NCBI GenBank assembly: GCA_013265495.1 | Contig: MU058384.1 | Coordinates: 6,134,792 to 6,198,791, forward strand | Direction: 5' to 3' | Source of the DNA: Vicugna vicugna | Taxonomy: Eukaryota | DNA: 64,000 nucleotides | Shown here: positions 53,981 through 64,000 of the stretch, one piece after another | Numbering within the stretch: position 1 is the stretch's first letter | Layout: every line of letters begins with the position of its first letter | Made by a program: the position numbers and the translations under genes | The notes under the pieces: model-generated | Told to the model about the DNA's origin: nothing | Database searches by the model: none | Seen by the model: only the letters and a program-made list of their open reading frames with translations

Positions 53981-54327
53981 CGAAAATCAGTTCTTACGGG
54001 CAAAAAATTCTTAGACATTACAATATATGTGTAATGTATATATACCAGTAGGTATATGTGGTAGAGTTAAAATTTCACGAAAGGTTGTGATTAGGAAAAA
54101 AACACAGATTATAATGAAAACAAGAAAATAAGGTATTATAGCAATTAATAAAACCAAAGCATTGTTTGTAAGTTTGGGCTGATGACATCTTGTAGAACAT
54201 ATATGTATAGAATATATATTTATATGTATAATGGAAATATATATATTATATATGTAACATCGAAAATACACTTTATTATAAAAATTAATAATTAAAATAA
54301 TAATCACTATTGTTAGAAATTTTTTTT

Positions 54328-54623
54328 ACTGTCTAATATGGTAGCCACTAGCCCAGTGTGGATACAGGGCCCTTGAAATGTGGCAAGTGCAGTTCAAAAC
54401 GTATGCTGAATTTCAAGGACTTAGAATTTTTTTAAAATGTAAATATCACATTAAGAGTTTTTATATTTACTAGGCATTGAGACAATAATATTTTGAGTAT
54501 ATATTAAAATATATTACTAGAATTAATTCTACCTGTCTCTTTTTAGTTTTTTTTTAAACAAGGGTTCCAAAAAATTTAAAATTACAAATATGGCTTGCAT
54601 CATATATTTCTATAAAGGAGCAC
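54328..54623. mobile_element. MER33/MER3-like hAT-Charlie element in the last EYA4 intron
   Basis: ctgtctaatatggtagccactagccc...cttgaaatgtggcaagtg...aaaatttaaaattacaaatatggcttgcat. Confidence 0.8.
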
Positions 54624-55839
54624 AATTAAAACTTTGAAATTTCTTCTTAAATTGACAAAGCAAACTATGTTTTTAGATCAAATTAAAGCACAGAAATTCA
54701 CCTCGAAGTAATGTTTTTTAAATTCAGCTCAGATCTATTTGTAATAACAAAATGGAACTTTATATTTCTGCACATGCGATTACAGCTACATCCAAGAAAA
54801 GCATGCATTCTGAATACTAGAGAAACCAATCACCTGTGTTTCAAAATAGAGTTATAAGCCTTCACCATCACCAAAACTGTACCTACATAAACAACCATTT
54901 GGAAATAGCATTCTAACCGAGGTTTTTACCCACTTGGAGTCATGCCTTTTCTTCCTGAAGTTTAGGATGTAAAGCAGAGGTTTAACAACTGGTATACCAA
55001 GTCTAGTTTTCCCGCAATGGATAAGTGGGGTAGACTTTACTAGTTTTAATTTTCAAAGGCATATACTGTTTCTGTTTGGGGAAAGTGAATTTTATCAGCC
55101 CTGACCTAGATATGTGTGTTTCACAATGGCTAAAAGACATGCAAAAGCTTGCTGTAGTGGCTGCACTGACTGTTCCTTGCTGTACATAATTATGGTGCCA
55201 ATGTGAAAAACTGAAACAGCACAGACTCTGGACACTGACAAACTCCAGAAGATATTTCAACTGGAAGGATTTCAAGTAGTAGTTAGCTAGGAAAGTTGTA
55301 TTTCTTGAGGCTGCATCCCTGACCTCATACAGAATGTCCTTGGGACCAGAGTGCTGTCTTGGGTCACTGACACTGCTAATTTAGACTGAGGTGCACTATG
55401 GGAGGCTGAGCCTGCACCAACTCTCTTAATGCTATGGAAAAACTTGGAGAATTTCAGGTATGGCTTCCAACACTTCACTTTCTAAACCTTCTAAAGTGGA
55501 AGCTCTTTCTCTTTCTCCATTGTTTGATTTGAATTGACTACAAACATAAATCATTTCTTTTATCTTTCTAGTATCACTATAAACTTTTCTAGAAAACTGT
55601 CTGTTGTTTTTTGGGGGGTGTGGGGGTGGAGAGAAACAGAAATCAGGTAAACAGTCCAGTCCGTGCAAGTGTTTAGTGAAGGCTTTATTAGATGATGATC
55701 TGAAATCTCCTCAGCATGCTGAGGACAACTTTTGTTCTGTGTAAAGCAATATACACTGCTATGTCCTTGTTTCACAGTACTAATCCATCATTTTTCTTGT
55801 TTTATAAATTATATCACTTGTATTCTGGCTAGATGATAT

Positions 55840-55948
55840 ATATATTTTTTTCTTTTCTTCTTTTGTTTTGGTTAGTGGAGGTACTGGAGATTGAACGCAG
55901 GACCTTGTGCATGCTAAGCATGCGCTCTACCACTGAGCTATACCCCCA
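55840..55948 (-). mobile_element. tRNA-derived SINE (Vic-1 type)
   Basis: Reverse complement gggggtatagctcagtggtagagcgcatgcttagcatgcac. Perfect 15-bp TSD ctggctagatgatat at 55825-55839 and 55949-55963. Confidence 0.92.
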
Positions 55949-56815
55949 CTGGCTAGATGATATTTTGCTATCATTCAGTGAAGGAAGCAGTAGATCTCAG
56001 TGTTGTGTTGGCTGATAGCCTGGTATCTGGGGCCAATTTTGGTATCATTCTCCTTTTGATACTAAACCAACCATTTAATGTTTTTTTTTAATTGCCTTGA
56101 TTTCTCCAGAAATTCGGGCCAGATGAAAAGGCTGATTTAAATACCTAGGGCCTATGAGATCTTCTGAATATATTCACAGCCAGCTGCTTGGCTTCAATCC
56201 AGCACCAATGACTCACCAAAACAGGGAACACTCTCCTAGAAGATGTAAGGCACATTGCCTCTACCTCTAAGTCTCTCCAACAAGTTGGTACAACAGGATT
56301 TGAATAATATATCCCATTCCAATAGCATTTAATAAATTCTCTGGCAAGTTTTTTCCTTCTGCTATGAAAGCTACCCTCAGCATTTACCATCATGGGGAAC
56401 GATTACTAGCAGGCACTCACAAGGACCATACAGCACAGAGGATGGATGGAAAAAAGACTAAGAACTGAGCCACTCACATGATTTTCTATGGAACTCCTTA
56501 AGCGTCTTTATCTTGGTGAATTTCACGTGCTTAAAAATGGTTATTTGCCCATCTTTCTCACATCTGTGTGTATTATACACACACACACAAATAAGTATAA
56601 CTAAATTTTCCTACATATCTTACGAAGTTTCAGGCAAAAAATGCTAGACTCCAAATGGTTTATTTGAATGTAAGTATTGACCTTCTCATGCTCTTACTGC
56701 TTCGCATCTATAAATTGAAATCATTTGTCAAGCTGCCACTGGGCCAAACTACAGGAATGCAAACAAAAAAGCTTGCATTAGACGGATCACACCAACATTG
56801 TTTGAAACGGGTTAC

Positions 56816-56916
56816 CTTTTTTGCTGCCTGTTCTTCTTCTACACCATCCCCAATTACAACATATACTACTTTTCTGCCAAACCTTTGCATTATTCGTTCA
56901 AAGCAACTTTCTTTTC
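56816..56916 (-). CDS. EYA4: EYA4 mutually exclusive exon B (exon 20 equivalent)
   Basis: (G)[33 protein letters not shown]. 101 nt, CAG acceptor at 56917-56919, GTAACC donor at 56815. Phase 1 to 0. Overlaps ORF 56708..56890. Confidence 0.96.
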
Positions 56917-56954
56917 CTGGAAGATAAACAAGATAAAGTTCAGAGTGAAGTTAC

Positions 56955-57055
56955 CTGGTTAGCGGCATGCTCCTCATCTCGGCCATCTCCAATCACAACA
57001 TAAGTTATGTTAGTGCCAAATCTGGACACTATACGCTCAAAACAGCTTTCCTTGC
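56955..57055 (-). CDS. EYA4: EYA4 mutually exclusive exon A (exon 19 equivalent)
   Basis: (G)[33 protein letters not shown]. 101 nt, CAG acceptor at 57056-57058, GTAACT donor at 56954. Phase 1 to 0. Confidence 0.95.
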
Positions 57056-58663
57056 CTGAAAAACAATGCACTGCTTATTCTTCCAGCCATTGCAACCGTT
57101 AACCTAAAGATTCATACAGTGTTAAGTTACTTTCTCTTGAATGTCCATCCCTTAAACTAGCTTGCAAATTCCGGGTTTCTGGAATCAACAAGTTCGGTTG
57201 AATCCTCAAAGTCTTTACTTGAGACAGATGGTTAAACAAATGCATCTTGCACACCAAAAGAGCCAGCAGGGTTAAACATTTGACCCAGAAAAAATGTTAG
57301 TACCCTTCACTCCACCAAAAGAATATAGGAACAACCTTATAAGTGACTATCAGTTTTAACATTTATTTGTGTAATTCTACACGTCAATTGTACCTAGTTT
57401 GTTCGAAGAAGTATAGACACGTCAGCTAAAAATATTATTGTGAAAAATTAAAGGTTCACCTAGAAGGAAAGAGGAAATACTAAGATATGGATTTACCTGG
57501 ATAAACAACTCCTTTCTTCAAGCGTCTGGGTGCTAGTCTGCTCAGATTAATTGTACTAAGGGTACTGTCTGCTCGGGCCACAGCACTGGTGACACCAGTA
57601 CCCTCTAATCGTTCTATGGAAATAACACCACGACACTTCTACGTGTTCTTTGTCTTTACAACATTGGCATGATTCTCTGAATTTCATTCCCAGAACGCTT
57701 ATGCAATCATGGCTACTTTCGCATTTTTTCCCCCTTATTCTGATGTTCAGAACTCCAAAAAATACTAGATTAGAGGGAAAAAATGAAATACAGATGAAAT
57801 ACAAGGAACAGTTTGGCCAAGAAGAACCTTGTCCTTATTAGAGGAAATGTTTATGCTTGTGTGGAAACCATTTAATTTATCAAAAAGCAAAATCAGGTTT
57901 GATACATATTCATCCTGCATAAACACACACATTTATGTACGAATTGAATGGGATTGATATCAGGGCCCTGAAGTGCAGCACTCAGGACAATGAGGAATTT
58001 ACTCTATGAAAGCTTGGCTCTCTTGAACCATACTCCCCAAAACAGCTGCAACTGGGGGCTTTTTCTGACTGTGCCAATGTCAGAACTCTGCAGGGTTATT
58101 TTTGGTAGGGGATTTTAGGATTCTAAACTCTTGTCAAGCTGCCAGACCCTAAGTCTGTTGACCTTCCGGGCACATTATACAACCCATCTATTTCCCCAGG
58201 CATTTCCTTGACAGGCAACAGAATCCATGAGTTGTTTTCTTTTAACTCTTTCACACAGCAGAAATTGGTGAGATGTTGTTTTTGAAAGTTTACTTGAAGT
58301 CTTAAGTCTGTGAAAGGCACTTGTAAGTCAAAGATGGCTCCACAGATAGATATGATCTAAATAAACTAGGTTGTAGCTCTTTGATTGTTATTGAATATTT
58401 TTGGAAATGTGGATTTCCAGCCATTCATGCATTATGAATGCTCCAGTTATGTTTGCTGATTCATGAAATTCTTTTTTTTTTCTGGAATTAAGGATACTCA
58501 TCTGACACTCCTTTGTAATGCCAAAACAGTATTTTTACCTTAGATCTAGGTTATTGCACATACAAGGATGTAATACCATATACCATATTAATTAAAATAT
58601 AAAATACTATGGCTTAAGATACTGTATATTATTTAGATAACATGTGCCATAATGAAATATAAA

Positions 58664-58712
58664 TGTGTGTGTGTGTGTGTGTATGTGTGTGTGTGTGTGT
58701 CTGTGTGTGTGT
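58664..58712. repeat. Imperfect (TG)n microsatellite
   Basis: Read directly. Similar CA/TG runs occur near 8614, 13317, 16550, 21145 and 62951. Confidence 0.95.
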
Positions 58713-58839
58713 ATAGTCAGAACTATCCAGATACTGAGTTCAGAATTCACAGGCAACACTTTTCACAAGATGCACACGTATACAAAGAGTTGCAGGCAAC
58801 TTTGTTATCTGAGCTGTATTCAAATTTGCTTGATACTCT

Positions 58840-58989
58840 ATTTTTTAAAAAACAGGTTTATTTATTTAACTTTTGGGGGGGTAATTAGGTTTATTTATTT
58901 ATTATACTTTTAGAGGAGGTACTGGGGATTGAACCCAGGACCTCCTGCGCGCTAAGCATGCACTCTACCACTTGAGCTATCCCCTCTCC
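58840..58989 (-). mobile_element. tRNA-derived SINE (Vic-1 type)
   Basis: A and B boxes on the minus strand. 14-bp TSD ttgcttgata(c/t)tct at 58826-58839 and 58990-59003. Confidence 0.9.
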
Positions 58990-59032
58990 TTGCTTGATAT
59001 TCTGATAGAAAAACTGATGAAAGAGGGAATCA

Positions 59033-59284
<252 letters not shown>

Positions 59285-60959
59285 CTAATGTACACATTTT
59301 AAATGATCATTGCAGCCTCTCGATTCCATAATCAATGGCTGCTGATAATCTAATTGTTCAATATCAACAGTTATTTGTGGTGCCCACCACCTGGGAGGCA
59401 CAATGACATCCCAAAAAGAAGGAAGTGAAGGAAAATAAGCAAAAAGAAGTTTGCCCCCACCCCCTCCAGCCAGAGCACAAGCTAGACAAGAAGACAGACA
59501 AGTAAACAGACCCCCACAATAAGAAATGTGTTCTAGGACAAAGATCTCCTCCAGTCCCTGTGGAAACCCACAGAAGGATACCTACTTCGGCCAGCAGCAA
59601 TCACGGGAAGGTTATCAGAGGGGTCATGGCTTAGCTCTAAGTTTTACAAGTATGCAGCTTTCTTAAAATTTGCACATGTACAAAGAGCTGCAGGGGACTT
59701 TGTTATCTGATGCAGATTAGGTTTCTTTTAGGGCGACAGGACTCTGTGTCCTAGGGTTTTCAGAGCCTAGGAAAGTAGAGGACACAGTCAGAGAGGAGGT
59801 GATGGTACGGGGAGAAGAAGTTTTCAGATTTTGTTTAAGAAACAGCCCAGAGAGACTCAATCGAGGGATTGACAAGTGGTGGAACCTGAAGAAGTAAAAA
59901 TGAAGAGGATCCTTATTTACAACAGAAGGGGTTGAATCCCTGAATCTCCTTCTCCACAACCAAGGGCAAACTGCATTTACGGGGTCCGGGTTTAAACACA
60001 ACTACAAAGGCTCTACCCTTTGAGAGTGAAAATCTCCCATTTTGCAGTTAACAACTGTTTCTTTCATGGTAGCATCAGGGGGAGACAAAGGAAACACCAA
60101 GACAGTAAAGATTGTTAGCCTGAAATCCAGAAAAGAATGGACTGTGGCCCTTCCTTCTGGATTACAGGGAAACGGAACAGTCCGGCCTAGAGAGGCTCAA
60201 ACCACACATGTGAAATTGGGAATCGGAAGGCATATGGCTATGCCCTTTTCTCTACTGGATATTCTGTATCACAAGCCTTTACTACATATTTGTGTGGGGC
60301 CCATAAAATATTCTCTAGAATTCCGCAGATTGATTTGCAGAAAATTGGTCTCAGGGGCAACTCAGAAAAGCAAGTTGACTGCTAACTTCTCATGGGTAAG
60401 TGCTTGGTCCGCAGCACGCTTCATATTATGCTTTATGCAATTTAGACATATGCATAAGGAAAACTATAATTTATTCAAAAACAATTATTAAACCTTTATA
60501 ATGATAGCCTTTCAAAACATTTTTTCATTTCTAAACTATCTCCAGAGACATGGGACCTTGTAATAGGAGCTCCGACTTCTGGAAGCAGGTGATGAGGTTT
60601 ATCAATTTTTATGGGACAAAGAAACAAAGACTTTGAGATGTGGAAGTTTAATAAGCATCTTCAACACAATCCTAAATTTTACTAATTAAAAAAATAAAGA
60701 ACTAGAAAATGACTTGCCTATGATCAGACAAAAATTCCCCCAATAGTGGCAGATGATTAAGAATAATACACTAACACGTGACGACACTGTGACACAATGT
60801 TCTATCAAAACAAGGTGCTATTCAACGTCATATACAGATGAAGGTTACAGAAGGAAAACATGGTGAAACAAAACAAAGCACAGGCTTTTTAAAAGTTTAC
60901 AGGTGTAGTTTTGAATTCCAGCTTCACCACTCACATTATATGATATTTGGAATTACATC

Positions 60960-61460
60960 TTTTCATTACAAACAGCACATATTTATAAATTGCATATATA
61001 TACACGTTCATAAAATGCAGGCAAATAAGGAAGAAAATGAAAAGCATCAATTAGTAACCACCCAGAGACAGAAACTGATCTCCTCATTCTGAGTATTTAC
61101 TTTCAGAATTTCAGTTTACATATAGATTTTTTTTCCCATTAGGATGCTAGTACATATATAATTTTGTGTTTTACTTTTTTCATTTGTTTATATCATGAGC
61201 CTATTTATTTATGTCACAGTGTCTTAACATTTTCCCTCTCCCAACAAAAAAACAAACCTAATAGATGCAAATTATTCTATCCTGTGGCTCCACCAACATC
61301 TTTTAAAGTTAAGCTTAGTGTTTGATTTCTTAATATTACAAATAACGCGACCTCACAAATTTTTCCTATACATATGCTTATGTCCTTTAACTATATTCAC
61401 AGAAGAGGGATTACAGCCAGAGGGCACATACTTTGCTGCAGGCTCTGATACAGAATTCAG
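60960..61460 (-). mobile_element. Old L1ME-like 3' fragments
   Basis: atatatacacgttcataaaatgc...accacccagagacagaaactg...gatttcttaatattacaaataac. Confidence 0.5.
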
Positions 61461-63100
61461 CAGCATCTGCTTTTCTGATATCCTAGATGTTTTGTGAAAT
61501 TTACCAATAGGGTAATATATGTGGACAATCTGGCAAATTTCACAGTACTTAAAACTTCAATATGTAATGCCTTAATTTTCCCTTTCCTTTTCTTGTCATA
61601 GAAACAATTGATTAAAATCATATACCCATGAAGTTGCTTTAAGGCCATGTATTAATAAGAATCTACATATAATATATTATGGGTAACACACAGATAATCT
61701 ATTTGACAATGCAATAACCTTTGGTTTTTAACTATCATTAGAAATAATGAAAGCATCGTCCACTGTATTTTACACACATTCGGGGGTCGGAGCCCTCACA
61801 TTCCAGCTTCTTTGTCCTTTGGTCACCATGTCACCAGTCACAGAGATCACAGGCAGAAAGTCCTATTTTAGAACAGCTTTAATGGTTAGACAGTTCTTCC
61901 TACAAAGAGCCAGAACCTCCCTTACTAGGATTCTTACTCATCGGTACCCTTTCCTCTACAGACTCAGAGAGAAATGTCATTTATTTTCAGCGTAATAGCT
62001 CAAACAGCTGAAATCTGTAATCGTGTTCCACACATGGCTCTTCTTCAGACTAAACTCTGGTTCCTCCCTCTAACTGTCCCTTTTATGTGATTTCCATAGC
62101 CTAAACCCTTCTGGCCACTTTGCTGGACACAAGATGCTTCAAACATGTCACAGCTCCTGTAGGAATGAGGTGCTCAGAACTGAGCAATGTACTCTGGATT
62201 TCCCAGCCTGACCCAGGAACCTACTGTGCCCTCCCCTCTCCATTTAGATTTTCTGCTATCAACATGATGGCTGGTCGTGTCACAGGGCTGGAAGCCAAGT
62301 GCATCATTTGGGACACGCCGTTCACTTCCATGTTCTGAATACTGGACTCTCCTTTCACCCTGCCAGGGTTTCTCTGTTTCTTGATTCAATCAGTTCACAT
62401 ACAAACTCTTCTCTGAATTTTGCGTTACCCACACATTTGCTAAGTATGGTATTATTTATTCATCCAACTCAGAAACAAAACTAAAGAACAGAATAGTACA
62501 AAGATTTAGCCCCACCTTACTAGCGATCATCTTCCAGTTCACATTATTTTATTAATTTACATTTATGGCACATGGTATTCAACTAGTTACATCTATTCAA
62601 CTCTATTATCTACATTAACAAGTCAGCATTTCATTGTTCAGATCAAACAACACAAGGGAGACACAATTTTCAGGAGCTTTCTCTTGTGTTTTGATGTATT
62701 TAAATTATGTTTATTATCTAGAATGGCCTAAAAGACTTACAAACATGCATTCACTGTATAAACAGTATGGTTTTATTTTTGCCATCATCTCCTCTCCTTA
62801 CTTTGCCACCAACAGAGTGCTGTCTTTTTTTAAAATTTGGAATTCAAATGACATTCCCATGGGGTTTGTCAGGGGTTATGAGGAGAGAAGGGTAAAGGTA
62901 GAATCTTCTGGTTATTCTGAGAAGCAGCAACTCCCATCCTCCACCCCAAAACACACACACACACACACACACCACACACACAGTGAATTGTTAGGTCCCT
63001 TCAAACTCTAAAATAGTCTGGGAATTAAAACACTTTTGTATTTGTTATGCTATTAGAACTCCATCCTCAATACACATAGGAACTGCAAAGACACCGCTTA

Positions 63101-63316
<216 letters not shown>

Positions 63317-63374
63317 CTATATCAGAAATGAAGAGAGAGATGGATATCAACACGGATCCTTTGTTTCAGAATTG

Positions 63375-63500
63375 ATCATCCATCCATTCATTCACTCATT
63401 CATTCATTCCACAAACATTTATTGAATAACTTTTGGATGTTGGGTTCTGGGCTAAAAATTAGCGATGTGACAGTGAAAAGTGGGTCTCTATCCTTATTGA
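63375..63500 (-). mobile_element. LINE-2 3' end
   Basis: (cattcatt)n followed by caaacatttattgaataact. Confidence 0.7.
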
Positions 63501-64000
63501 TCCTAGCATCTGGCACAGTGGACACCAATCACCCGAGGAGCTTTGACGACACCCCAGCCTGGGTCCTACTCCAGAAGACTGATACTATAGGCCTTGAGGA
63601 GAAGTCCAGCTCTACCAGCCCAGAGATACAAATCTCAAATTCCGTGGCTGTCTGAAAATGCTTAGCTTCCTAATAATCACAATCATCACCACTGTGAAAC
63701 AGTAATAATGACATTATCACATACAGCTATGGAAATGTATAGAATTTGTTTTTATCATTAGTGCTCAAGCTATCAGAAATACTTAATTTTGTAAAAAGGG
63801 GTTAAGAGTTTTGTTTAAAATCCTAGAGCTTGATAGAGCATGGTTGAAAACTACATTGATTAGAAAAAGAGAAGAGGTAAGCATACCAATTTCTTACTTA
63901 AAAAGCCCTCCCTTTCGTGATAAAACAAGATCACATAAGTTTATCAAAAAAGAAAGTTTCTTATTTAAATCATATTTCAGAATATTGGGAGTACATATAG

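Noticed and set aside
54011..54307. Hydrophobic 98-aa ORF
   Set aside because: Product of AT-rich low-complexity intronic sequence.
56655..57003. Plus-strand ORFs 56655..56927, 56821..57003, 63111..63425 and 53262..53471
   Set aside because: Antisense shadows of real EYA4 exons.
56816..57055. Idea that the two similar exons are an assembly duplication or that one is a pseudo-exon
   Set aside because: They differ at many synonymous and non-synonymous sites, yet both keep the frame, length, catalytic motif and AG/GT sites.
61413..61428. CTCF-like cagccagagggcac
   Set aside because: 5' half mismatches the core and it lies in degraded L1 sequence.

Overview
Mammalian genomic DNA, most likely a camelid (alpaca/llama/camel), judged from four tRNA-derived Vic-1-type SINEs and cetartiodactyl-type L1 3' ends. 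The right quarter holds the 3' end of EYA4 on the minus strand: two constitutive exons (115 and 122 nt), a tandem pair of duplicated 101-nt mutually exclusive exons only 38 nt apart, an 81-nt terminal coding segment, and a 3'UTR with proximal (~52370) and distal (~49930) AATAAA signals. The left ~50 kb is intergenic and rich in L1, L2, MIR, MaLR/ERV LTRs and MER DNA transposons. It also has a few repeat-free blocks carrying CTCF and AP-1/CRE/ARE motifs. Apart from pieces overlapping EYA4 exons or L1 ORF2, none of the supplied ORFs looks like a real protein. I see no wholly new gene system. The most interesting structure is the EYA4 exon switch: the best branch-point match for the second exon lies inside the first exon, the two exons resemble different EYA paralogues, and an intronic poly(A) signal follows them. 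Repeat boundaries are approximate unless a TSD or TIR is quoted, and subfamily names are from memory of consensus sequences.
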